A stretch of DNA of 64,000 nucleotides from Candidatus Spongiisociaceae bacterium (GTDB taxonomy: Bacteria > Actinomycetota > Acidimicrobiia > Spongiisociales > Spongiisociaceae): positions 3,840,001 to 3,904,000 of the forward strand of contig CBDCOH010000002.1 of NCBI GenBank assembly GCA_965219685.1, written 5' to 3'. Shown in pieces: positions 8,669 through 18,400 of the stretch (the stretch's first letter is position 1; every line of letters starts with the position of its first letter). The translations under genes were made by a program, and so were the position numbers. Under the pieces are notes generated by a model that did no database searches, was not told the origin of the DNA, and saw only the letters and a program-made list of their open reading frames with translations.

Positions 8669-10453
8669 ATGGCCACACGCTTCCCCAGCCCGTTCGAGGC
8701 GGAGACCCCACCCGGCGCCGAAGGATGGGAGGATCTCTACACGTATTCCCTCCCGTTCTCCGAGGATCGACGGGACTACGAGGAGGCCACCTTCTGGTTC
8801 CAGGACAGCATCCATTGGGCGGAGCCTCTCACGCCTTGGGACGCCACCTGGTACGAGTACGCGATCGCGGCGCTGTCCCAGTACAACACGCGTCACTATC
8901 TGATCCCGCCTGCGCTGGGGATCGACTACCGGGTGCTGAACGGCTACGCATACCTGACCCCGGTTCCCGTTCTCGACGGCGCCGAGATCGAAGCCCGCGT
9001 TCCGCAGTTCATGGAACGGGCCGGCTTCTACTTCATGAACTGGGGCGATCTCTACGACAAGTGGCTCGTCAAGATGAAGGACCTCATCGCGGAGATGGAA
9101 GCCATCAGCTTCTCGCCCCTGCCCGAGAAGGAGGACCTGGAGGTAATCACCGAAGGTCATGGAACCGGTTCCGGTCTCACGATCCAGGAGGAGTACCGGG
9201 GGCTCCTGAACCTCGGCCTGAAGCTCTGGCACTACCACTTCGAGTTCCTCAACCTGGGCTACGCCGCGTACCTCGACTACTTCGGATTCTGCAAGCAGGC
9301 ATTCCCCAACATCCCCGACCTGGCCATCGCGCGGATGGTGGCCGGAGTCGAGGTGGACCTGTTCCGGCCCGACGAGGAGTTGAAGATACTGGCCGCAATC
9401 GTGGTGGACAACGGCTTGGAGGACCAGCTGGCTGAGGGCTTGGACGCGCTCGAGGGCACACCCTTCATGGACCACTGGAACTCCGTGAAGCACCCCTGGT
9501 TCAATTACTCCGCGGGCAACGGCTTCTACCACAGCGACAAGGTCTGGATCGAGCATCCGGAGATCCCGCTTGGCTTCGTGGCCGGGTACGTGGACCGCAT
9601 CAAGGTCGGCGAGGACATCGCCCGGCCGATCGAGAGGATCCGGGCCGAGCGCGACCGGATCGTGGAGGAGTACACGGCCCTGCTGTCCTCGGACGAGGAC
9701 CGCGAGGCCTTCCAGGGCAAGCTGGGCCTGGCCAGGGTGGTCTTCCCCTACGTGGAGAACCACAACTTCTACGTGGAGCACTGGAGCCACTCGGTGATGT
9801 TCCGCAAGATGAAGGAGCTGGGCGACGTGTTCGTGAAGGAGGGGTTCCTGGCCTCCCGCGAGGACGTCTTCTACCTGAAGCGCGACGAGGTGAACGAGGC
9901 TCTCTGGGACATGTACTCTGCCTGGGCGGTGGGCACCGGCCCCCGCGGTCCGGTCTACTGGCCGAGAGAGGTGGCGCGGCGCAAAGGAGTCGTCGATGCC
10001 CTCCGGCAGTGGTCGCCGCCGCCGGCTCTGGGCGAACCGCCCGAGGTGGTCACCGAGCCGTTCACGATCATGCTCTGGGGTATCACGTCCGAGAGCATCG
10101 GGATGTGGCTGGGTGCAGGCGACGACGCCGACGGCGGCCTGCGCGGTTTCGCGGCCTCTCCGGGAGTGGCGGAAGGCCCGGCCCGGGTCATCATGTCGGC
10201 CGACGACATCGGCCAGCTGGAGGAAGGGGAGATCCTGGTGGCGCCTATCACCGCGCCGAGTTGGGCCCCCGCCTTCGGCACTATCGGCGCCGCGGTGACC
10301 GACATCGGAGGGATGATGTCCCACGCGGCCATCGTGTGCCGGGAGTACGGTCTGCCGGCCGTCACCGGGACCGCCTTCGGCACCAGGGACATCGAGACCG
10401 GAACCATGCTGCGGGTGGACGGAAGCTCCGGCACGGTGACCGTTATCGCCTGA
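8669..10453 (+). CDS. Phenylphosphate synthase alpha-like subunit (substrate-binding plus phospho-His domain)
   Basis: GAEGWE..FWFQD..ALSQYN..FMERAGFY..YHFEFLNLGYAAY recalls PpsA/CreH-type proteins; C-terminal GGMMSHAAIVCREYGLPAV phospho-His motif. Confidence 0.88.
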   Translation: MATRFPSPFEAETPPGAEGWEDLYTYSLPFSEDRRDYEEATFWFQDSIHWAEPLTPWDATWYEYAIAALSQYNTRHYLIPPALGIDYRVLNGYAYLTPVPVLDGAEIEARVPQFMERAGFYFMNWGDLYDKWLVKMKDLIAEMEAISFSPLPEKEDLEVITEGHGTGSGLTIQEEYRGLLNLGLKLWHYHFEFLNLGYAAYLDYFGFCKQAFPNIPDLAIARMVAGVEVDLFRPDEELKILAAIVVDNGLEDQLAEGLDALEGTPFMDHWNSVKHPWFNYSAGNGFYHSDKVWIEHPEIPLGFVAGYVDRIKVGEDIARPIERIRAERDRIVEEYTALLSSDEDREAFQGKLGLARVVFPYVENHNFYVEHWSHSVMFRKMKELGDVFVKEGFLASREDVFYLKRDEVNEALWDMYSAWAVGTGPRGPVYWPREVARRKGVVDALRQWSPPPALGEPPEVVTEPFTIMLWGITSESIGMWLGAGDDADGGLRGFAASPGVAEGPARVIMSADDIGQLEEGEILVAPITAPSWAPAFGTIGAAVTDIGGMMSHAAIVCREYGLPAVTGTAFGTRDIETGTMLRVDGSSGTVTVIA

Positions 10454-10516
10454 TCGATCGGGTCGAGGCAGCAGGGACGAGGCGTACGCGGACGAGGACA
10501 CAGAAGGAGGCAGCAA

Positions 10517-11827
10517 ATGCTTTCCAAGGAGCAGAACGAGCGGCTGACCCGGGTAGGTCCGGGTACGCCGATGGGCGAGCTACTGCGCCGCTACTGGTAC
10601 CCGGTCGCTTTCGTCCGGGAACTGGACGAGTGGCCCATCCGCAAGGTACGGCTGCTCGGTGAGGACTTCGCCCTCTGGAAGACCCCGCAGGGCGGGTACG
10701 GCATCGTCCAGGAGGCGTGCCCGCACCGGGCGGCTTCGCTGATCTACGGCGTGGTGGAGGAGGACGGTCTCCGGTGCGGATACCACGGGTGGAAGTTCGA
10801 CTGCTCCGGCAACTGCATCGAGCAGCCGGCCGAGCCCGGGAAGACCGCCTTCATGCGCCATGTCAAGGCCTTCGCGGGCAAGGCAGAGGCCCTCGGCGGC
10901 ATGGTATGGGCCTACATCGGTCCCGACCCGGCCCCCGAATTGCCCCGCTTCGACGTGTTCGTGGATCCCGGCTTCATAGACGTGGGCCACTCCATGCTGC
11001 CGTGCAACTGGCTCCAGATAATGGAGAACTCGGTCGATCCCCACCATGTCGAATGGTTGCACGGCCGCTACTTCGAGTTCCTCGGGGCGCAGCAAGGCTT
11101 CGTGGCGCCCAAATCCTTCCAGAAGAAGCACCTGAAGGTCGGGTTCGACGCCATGGAGTGGGGCATCCTCAAGCGACGGGTCCTGGAGGGCCACACCGAG
11201 GAGGACGACGACTGGGCGGTGGGCCACCCGCTGGTGTTCCCCCATTCGATGCGAGTAGGCGGTGCAGGTATCGACCAGATGCAGATCAGGGTCCCGATCG
11301 ACGACACGACCACCTGGGCGATGTTCTACTCGAACCACCATCCCGAAGGCCTCGACACCTACCCGGAGCAGATCTACCCCGTCGACTACGAGTACCAGTG
11401 GATAGACGACAAGGGCCGCCACATCGTCGACTACATCGAGGGCCAGGATGTGATGGCGTGGGTGAGCCAGGGCAGGATCGCCGACCGGACCTCCGAACAC
11501 ATCGGTAAGTCGGATATCGGGGTCATCATGATCAGGCGCATGTTCAAGGCCCAGATCGCCCGGGTGGAAGCGGGCAAGGATCCGACCGTCGCCTTCACCC
11601 GGGTCCCCCAGGAGCGGATCGAGCTTCCGTGCGAGAAGAAGAAGTTCGGCGCCGGCATCGATTTCGCCCTCGCCTGGTTGGACATGGGCTCGACCCGGTA
11701 CTCGCCGGCCCTCGACACCTTGCGCAAGATCCACCTCGAAGCGGCCAGGGCGAGGGGTGAGGTTCCGAGCTCGGACGAGTACGCGGTGAGGCAGCCATTC
11801 GACGCGGGCACGCCTCGGACCATGTGA
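10517..11827 (+). CDS. Rieske non-heme iron oxygenase, catalytic subunit (phthalate 4,5-dioxygenase/VanA-like group)
   Basis: LTRVGPGTPMGELLRRYW start; Rieske CPHR..CGYHGW; mononuclear site ENSVDPHHVEWLH and QD. Confidence 0.92.
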   Translation: MLSKEQNERLTRVGPGTPMGELLRRYWYPVAFVRELDEWPIRKVRLLGEDFALWKTPQGGYGIVQEACPHRAASLIYGVVEEDGLRCGYHGWKFDCSGNCIEQPAEPGKTAFMRHVKAFAGKAEALGGMVWAYIGPDPAPELPRFDVFVDPGFIDVGHSMLPCNWLQIMENSVDPHHVEWLHGRYFEFLGAQQGFVAPKSFQKKHLKVGFDAMEWGILKRRVLEGHTEEDDDWAVGHPLVFPHSMRVGGAGIDQMQIRVPIDDTTTWAMFYSNHHPEGLDTYPEQIYPVDYEYQWIDDKGRHIVDYIEGQDVMAWVSQGRIADRTSEHIGKSDIGVIMIRRMFKAQIARVEAGKDPTVAFTRVPQERIELPCEKKKFGAGIDFALAWLDMGSTRYSPALDTLRKIHLEAARARGEVPSSDEYAVRQPFDAGTPRTM

Positions 11828-11831
11828 CCCG

Positions 11832-12068
11832 ATGACCGAGCCGCGTGTCTCCGGGACTCACTGGTGGGACCCAGACCGGGTCGCCCACCTGGCGGACATG
11901 CCCCGGTTCTGCCCCAACTGCGGGGGCGCCGTGACGGGCGCGGAAGGAATCTCGGTCGAGTACTGGGAGTCCGACCGGAGGGTCTACCACACCTGGTGCA
12001 ACGCCTGCGGCTGGGCCGGCAACATAGTGCGAATCCAACGCATGGTGGGCCACGAGCCCGAAGACTGA
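11832..12068 (+). CDS. Small CxxC..CxxC metal-binding protein
   Basis: 78 aa with FCPNCG and WCNACGW, 4 bp after the Rieske stop. Confidence 0.7.
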   Translation: MTEPRVSGTHWWDPDRVAHLADMPRFCPNCGGAVTGAEGISVEYWESDRRVYHTWCNACGWAGNIVRIQRMVGHEPED

Positions 12069-12110
12069 GGGCGGTTCAGGTGCCTGTGATCCTGTTACCC
12101 GCGGGTTGAT

Positions 12111-12370
12111 CTACTGTTCGACGATCTCAGGCATGTCGAGCAGATGCTCAGGTGTCGTGAGGGAGTAGGTGCGGCCGTCCGTGGCGATCACGACATCGAG
12201 AAGTGCCGTCGGACGTTCGGACCAGCCCTTACCGTCGATGACGGCGCAGGGCAGCAGGCCGCGAGCCTTGGCCGCTTCAGCCGCGTTCTTGATACGGGCT
12301 GCCTTATCACGCGCGGTCCCGCCGTTCTCCGCCACCTTCGACTCGATGAGGGTCGGATAGGGAACTCCTC
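12111..12370 (-). pseudogene. C-terminal fragment of a restriction-endonuclease-like (PD-(D/E)xK) protein
   Basis: IESKVAENGGTARDKAARI..AVIDGKGW; the 5' part is missing and replaced by an IS remnant. Confidence 0.45.
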
Positions 12371-12405
12371 TCGCGGCGACCTCGACCGATTGCCAGCCTT
12401 CCAAC

Positions 12406-12726
12406 GTGTCCCGCCATCATGGGGTGGGGTGGCATCGGATCATGGGCCTGGTGAGGGCTGAGTCGGCTCGGGTGGCGAAGCGTCGCCGGGCACAGCCGTG
12501 CCGGGTGTTGTTGGTGGCCGAAACGTCGATCAGGCACCGGTATGTGACCGTGGTGGCCTGTGGCGACACCGGCAAGGTTCTGGCGATGATCCCAGGCTGC
12601 ACCAAAGCGTCCCTGAGCAGGTTCTTCAGAGACCGGGGACCGGGCTGGTGCCGGAAGGAGCATGATCGTCGTCTCCGACGGATCATGCTCATATCAGGCA
12701 GCCATGGGTGTTCACTACTGTGGTAG
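12406..12726 (+). mobile_element. ISL3-family transposase remnant
   Basis: WHRIMGLV..LLVAETSIRHRYVTVV..DTGKVLAMIPG..ASLSRFF resembles the ISL3 (VDE..YVTV..D) catalytic region; short and degenerate. Confidence 0.6.
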
Positions 12727-12819
12727 CCATCGACGTGGGCTTAGCCAGACCAGGCTAAGAGCTCTTACGACCCGAGGGGGGCGGGATCGGTATAGTCTCG
12801 GCAGGTCGGAGGGAGTGGT

Positions 12820-13836
12820 ATGCGCAGGATGCGGATGAACCAGGCGGTGGCGACCGCGCTGGCGGACGAGATGCACGCCGATTCCGATGTCGTGATGTTC
12901 GGCGAGGACATAGCGGTGGCCGAGGGGCCGTTCAAGACCTCGGCAGGCCTTCTCAAGACCTTCGGGCCGCTGCGGGTACGGGACACGCCGATCTCCGAGA
13001 TGGGCTTCCTGGGAGCGGCCGTGGGCGCCGCTGCCACCGGACTCCGTCCGGTGGCCGAGATCATGTTCATCGAGTTCATCGGGGTTGCGCTCGACCAACT
13101 GGTCACCGAGGCGGCCAAGTTCCATTACCTCTCGCGCGGGACCGTCACCGTGCCGCTGACCGTGCGGGGTTCGATCGGGGCGGGCCTCGGATTCGGGTGC
13201 CAGCACTCCCAGACGCTGGAGAGCTGGATGTACAGCACGCCGGGCGTGAAGCTGGCGGTGGCCTCCGGGGCGCACAACGCCTACGGACTGCTTCGAGGGG
13301 CGATCCGCGACGATAACCCGGTCGTGTTCCTGGAGCCTCGTGCCCTCTATGCGAAGCGGGCTCCGGTAGCGACCGGTGACGACGCCATCATCCCCTTGGG
13401 ACGGGCTGCCAAACCCAGGGAAGGATCCGATGTCACGATGGTGGCCCTTGGCGCCATGGTCTCCGCCGCTCTCCAAGCGGCTGAAGGCGCACCCTGGTCG
13501 GCAGAGGTCATCGATCTGCAGACCCTGGTCCCCTACGACAAGGAGGCTCTCCTGGAGTCGGTCGCCAAGACGGGGCGGCTGGTCACCGTCGAGGAGAATC
13601 CGCTGACCGGTGGTTGGGGAGGTGAGATCACCGCCTTCGTCACGAGCGAGCTGTTCGGAGAGTTGAGAGCGCCGCCCATCCGGATCACCTGCCCGGACGT
13701 ACACGTTCCGTTCGGCAGGGAGTTGGAGCAGCGTTACCTGCCGGCGCCCGGCTACATAGCCTCCCAGGTGAGCCAACTGCTCGAGACCGGGCGACGCCCG
13801 GCTCACTGGTGGGAGACAGAGGGGGTTGCACCATGA
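12820..13836 (+). CDS. 2-oxoacid/acetoin dehydrogenase E1 beta subunit
   Basis: FGEDI, RVRDTPISEMGF, GLRPVAEIMF, QHSQ motifs. Confidence 0.92.
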   Translation: MRRMRMNQAVATALADEMHADSDVVMFGEDIAVAEGPFKTSAGLLKTFGPLRVRDTPISEMGFLGAAVGAAATGLRPVAEIMFIEFIGVALDQLVTEAAKFHYLSRGTVTVPLTVRGSIGAGLGFGCQHSQTLESWMYSTPGVKLAVASGAHNAYGLLRGAIRDDNPVVFLEPRALYAKRAPVATGDDAIIPLGRAAKPREGSDVTMVALGAMVSAALQAAEGAPWSAEVIDLQTLVPYDKEALLESVAKTGRLVTVEENPLTGGWGGEITAFVTSELFGELRAPPIRITCPDVHVPFGRELEQRYLPAPGYIASQVSQLLETGRRPAHWWETEGVAP

Positions 13837-14834
13837 CCGAAGCGTTGACACCACTCGAGCGCCGCCTCAGGCTCCAGTCGGGTCGGAAGGCGCGCTACGA
13901 GACCATGTGCCGGATCCGCGCCTTCGAGACCAGGGTGCAGGCCATGTTCTTCGAGGGTTTGGTGCACGGCACCACCCACACCTGCCAGGGTCAGGAGGCG
14001 GTCGCGGTCGGGATCGCGTCGGTCGCCCGGCCCACCGACACGGTGACCTGCACCTACCGGGGCCACGGCCACGCCCTCGCGCTGGGCATGTCTCCGGTAA
14101 CGGTCATGGGCGAGATCATGGGACGGAGGGTCGGCGCGGTCGGCGGCGTGGGCGGTTCCATGCACCTGTGCGACACGTCCATCGGCCTGCTCCCGACGTT
14201 CGCCATAGTCGGCGCAGGCATCCCGGTGGCGGCCGGTGCGGCGCTGACCGCCCAGGTGCGGGGGACCGACGACGCGGCGATCGGGATCTTCGGGGACGGC
14301 GCCTCCAACATCGGCGCCTTCCACGAGGGGCTCAACCTGGCGGCGATCTGGAAGCTGCCGGTGGTGTTCATCTGCGAGAACAACCAGTACGGCGAGTACA
14401 CCGCCATCCACCTGACCACACCGGTCGAGAATATCGCCGACCGGGCGGTGTCCTACGGCATCCCGGGCCACGTGGTCGACGGCCAGGACGTGGACGTGGT
14501 GGCAGCCGCGGTCGGGAGCGCGCTGGAAAGGGCGCGAGCCGGCGAAGGGCCCACGCTGCTCGAGATGAAGACCTACCGCTACGCAGGCCACTCCCGGGCC
14601 GATACCGCTCCGTACAGGCCCGAGGGAGAGTTGGACCGCTGGTACGAGCGCGATCCGATCAACACGTATCGGGCCCGTCTCATAGAAGAAGGAGAACTCA
14701 CCGCCGAGGAGGCGGACGAGATGGAGGCCCGGGCTGCCCGCCTCGTGGTTGAGACCGAGGCGGCCGCCACAGCCAGCGACCCGGCGACGGTGAGCGACAT
14801 GTTCCGCCACATCTACGCGCCTTCCAGCGGTTAG
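13833..14834 (+). CDS. 2-oxoacid/acetoin dehydrogenase E1 alpha subunit
   Basis: GQEAVAVG, TPP motif FGDGASN..ENNQY, TYRYAGHSRAD; ATGA overlap with E1 beta. Confidence 0.92.
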   Translation: MTEALTPLERRLRLQSGRKARYETMCRIRAFETRVQAMFFEGLVHGTTHTCQGQEAVAVGIASVARPTDTVTCTYRGHGHALALGMSPVTVMGEIMGRRVGAVGGVGGSMHLCDTSIGLLPTFAIVGAGIPVAAGAALTAQVRGTDDAAIGIFGDGASNIGAFHEGLNLAAIWKLPVVFICENNQYGEYTAIHLTTPVENIADRAVSYGIPGHVVDGQDVDVVAAAVGSALERARAGEGPTLLEMKTYRYAGHSRADTAPYRPEGELDRWYERDPINTYRARLIEEGELTAEEADEMEARAARLVVETEAAATASDPATVSDMFRHIYAPSSG

Positions 14835-15094
14835 TGAGTGCCTATGTCAAGTCGGTCGGTTGCGTATCGCGCCGGTCTGATCGTCTCCGTTCGGTCACTC
14901 TGATCCCTAGAGTCAGTCCCGTTGCGCCCGGCACGCCGTCCGCGATCCCGAAGGGTGCTGTGGACGTGATGCTGCGCCCTGGTGTCATCACCCAGGATCC
15001 ACAACGGCGGGATGGGGGCATGTATGTCCGGCAACGGTCACTGGTAGATTGCACGTGAGCGTCCAGGGAGATCGAAATCCGTAGCAGCGTCAAG

Positions 15095-15313
15095 ATGCCG
15101 AAGCTTGGAGAGACCGTCGACGAGGTCCTGGTACTTGAGTGGGCCGTCGCGGTCGGAGATGTGGTGTCGGAGGGTGACACCCTGATGACAGTGGAAACCG
15201 ACAAGGTCGAAGCCGATCTTCCAGCTCCGGTATCCGGCACGGTCATGGAGTTGCTGGTCGAGATCGACGACGAGGTACGGGTCGGAACCCCGGTCTGCAC
15301 CATCGAGACCTGA
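15095..15313 (+). CDS. Stand-alone lipoyl domain protein
   Basis: MPKLGETV..VETDKVEADLPAPVSG, 72 aa, ends with no E2 catalytic domain. Confidence 0.85.
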   Translation: MPKLGETVDEVLVLEWAVAVGDVVSEGDTLMTVETDKVEADLPAPVSGTVMELLVEIDDEVRVGTPVCTIET

Positions 15314-15468
15314 GGTGACGGCCTTAGCAGGCCGACTTCCGTCGAATTGACGACCCTGCCGGAATCTTGGTCGGCGTAGCTCGCGAGTCGCACGGGGGAT
15401 GGCGGTTCCAGACAAGCCATTGATCGTCCCGGACAAAGTTGTCACACCCGGCCTATACGGTTCTCCAT

Positions 15469-18400
15469 ATGAACATTGAATCCCCGGGTCGTGGTCCGAG
15501 CAGCGTTGACGCCGAACACGAACGGTGGCGGCTGCACAGAGCCGGCATCGTCAACGTCTACCAGTACGAGAACGAGGTCCTGCAGTTCGGCGGCGGTCGC
15601 CTGCTCCTGCGCGGTGTGAACGGTTCGGGCAAGTCGACCGCGATGAACATGTTGCTGCCGTTCCTGCTGACCACCCGCCAGGCCCGCATCGATGCGGCCG
15701 GCGAGCAGCGGGGGATCCTCAAGTCGTGGATGCTCAGCGGACGCGACGACGCCCAACCCGTCGGCTACCTGTGGATCGAGTTCGAGCGGGCGGACCGTTA
15801 TCTCGTGTGCGGTTGCGGCATCAAGGCCAACCGGCGGTCCGACACCGTGAAGACCTGGTGGTTCGTCACTTCGAAGCGTCCCGGCATCGACTTCCGGTTG
15901 GTCGAGGGAGGCGGTGTACCCCTGTCGGCTACCCGCCTGCGTGCGGCGCTGGATCCCGACGAGGTTTTCGGCGAGCGCCGTCGCAGAGACTACCGGCGCA
16001 CGATCGAGGAGAGACTCTTCGATGGGGCGTCGATCAGCCAGCACATGCGGCTGATCGACCGGGTACGCACCCCGCGTGTCGGTGACCGGATCGATCTCGA
16101 CCTCCCTGCCTATCTTGTCGACGCGCTGCCGCAGCTTTCCGAGCAGGCGTTGGCTGAGGCTGCCTCTCCGCTCGACGACTTGGAGGAGCACCGGCGTAAC
16201 GTCGCCGAACTCCAGAGGACCTCTGAAGCGATTGGCGGCCTTCTCGACGTATACCGCTCGTACTGCCTCAGCGAGCTACGGAAGTATGCCGCGACCGGTC
16301 GCGACCGGCTCGACAACCTGCACGCTTGTGTCCGTCGCGAGAAGGCCCGCCGGAAGGCCGCCGAAGTGGCCGCGTCCGAGGTTGGGCGGCTCGACGATGC
16401 GATCGGCGGCCTCGAGGAGGACACACAGCGCCTGCGTAGCGAGATCGCCGCTCTCGAGGAATCGCGCGTCTACCGCTCGGGCCAGAAACTCGATGCTCTG
16501 CGGGATCTCGTAGCCAACCTCACGGGCCAGCATGAGAGGTCTCTTGGACGGGTCGCCGGCTGCAGAGCGCGAGTCGAGACCGAGACGGAACAGTTGGCAC
16601 AGGCGCAGAAGCGCAGCGAGTTCGACTTGGACCGGCTCAACGACGAGTTGGCGACAGCCTCCGAATTGAGTGAACGCAGCAAGCTCGTCTGGCGACCGGC
16701 CGGACCCGTAGCGGTTCCCACGGTCGAGTTGGAGAGCATCGAGGCCACCCAGCCCGCCGGTGAGCTTCGCACCACTGACACCGACCGGGGGATTGCTGCG
16801 GCGGACGGCGCGATCCTCCAGCGGCGAACGGACATCGACGACGTGGAAAGGGCGCGAACATGCTTCGACGCCGCCGAACAGGCCCTCCAACGGACCGAAT
16901 CCGAACGCAAGGCGATGGAGGTCGCTGCTCGACGCGCCGCGGAGCGACTGCAGGAACGTACCCGGCGTCTCGTAACGCTGCGGCAGGAATGGGTTGCCGA
17001 CACCCTGGTCTGGGCATCCCAAGTCCGCCCCTTGATGGAGAAATCCGGCGTCTTGGCGCCGGCAGTCGCCGCTGCGTCCGCTGGCCGCGACAGCGAGGAG
17101 CAAACCTTCGCCGACGACCATGACGCCGTGCGTGACCGCTTGCTTCGGGAGGTCGGCCACCTTTCCGAGCATTGGCGGAACGCCGTGGCAGAGATGGATC
17201 GTCGACTGTCGGAGGAACGGGCCGCCGTGGAAGAGGCGGAGGCGGTTGTCGCCGAGTTGGAGGAACGGACCGGGCTCGATGCGCCACTCCTCGGTTGGCA
17301 GAACACGGTAGACCACTGTCTGGCCGACCTCCTCGACTTCAAGCCGCACATCGCCGACAAGGAGCGCGCCGGCATCGAGGCCGCTCTCGAGTCATCCGGG
17401 GTTCTCTCCGCGCGCCTGGTAGATGGCGCCACCGCCGAACTGGCGAGCGGCGAGTTGGTCGCCGTCGTGACGGGCGGTGTACCGAGTCCCCTGAGCGACT
17501 ATCTCAACGTCGCGATTCCGGATCGGCTCATCGGGGAAGTCGACGAAGGTATGGTTGCCAAGCTGCTGGAGTCGATCTCGTCGGACGCGCGGAGCGATGC
17601 GGCGACGGTCATCGCAACCGACGGGTCATTCCGGGTCGGCTCCCTGCGTGGTCGGCATTCCAAGGAACGAGCGGAGTTCATCGGCGCGGCCGCCCGGTTG
17701 GCCGCGCTCGATCGAGCCAGGTCGGAAGCGGCCGAACTGCTGCTTCAAGCCAGAGCCGTCGTCACCGATAGCGAGGTCCGGCGAGCCGAACACCGGTCAG
17801 CACTCGACGAGGTCGAAAGCCATCGAGCCGCTTTGCCCTCCACCGGCGAGCAGGTCAAAGCGTACGCGGAAGTGGAAGCGGCCTCCGGCGCCTCAGCCAT
17901 TGCCGAGGCCGAGAGGGAAGTGGCGGCCGAGCGGGTTGCCGAGGCGGAACGGGCTGCGGCAGGTGCGTGGGACGCCCTCCGGCGGGTGGCTACGACGCTC
18001 TCGCTTCCCACCGACCGCAGCGATCTGGACGCGGTTCGCGAAGGACTGCGCGATCTGCGATCGGTTCTGGACCGATGCCGTTCGCTTCTCGAGGTCTTGA
18101 AACGGTCCGTCGAACACTGGCGGAGCACGGTCGAGCGCACGCGAGCGGTCACCGACGAACTCCGCTCCGAACGAGACATTGTGGTCGCTATCGAGGCCGA
18201 ATTGGGGCGTGAACGAGCCCGCCTCGCCACCATCGAGAAGAGCATCGGAGTGGAATACGCAGTGGTCGTCTCCGAACGCGACCGACATAAAGGAGACTTG
18301 GAAGAGGCCGAGACCCGCCTGCCCGAGACCCGTCGCGAGCGTGACCGGGCTGTCGGGCTACGTGCGGAATCACAAGCCGCGGCGACCGGTGCCACTAAGG

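Noticed and set aside
7481-10453. Split or pseudogenised PEP synthase, or rifampicin phosphotransferase
   Set aside because: Each gene has its own RBS and clean ends, there is no pyruvate-binding barrel, and the alpha-subunit motifs match the phenol-kinase type.
8222-10516. Long antisense ORFs (e.g. 764 aa here, 743 aa at 26688-28919, 668 aa at 58359-60365)
   Set aside because: Shadow frames of real high-GC genes with no motifs.
14842-15420. Minus-strand and alternative ORFs around the lipoyl gene
   Set aside because: They overlap the clear lipoyl CDS and have no recognisable motifs.
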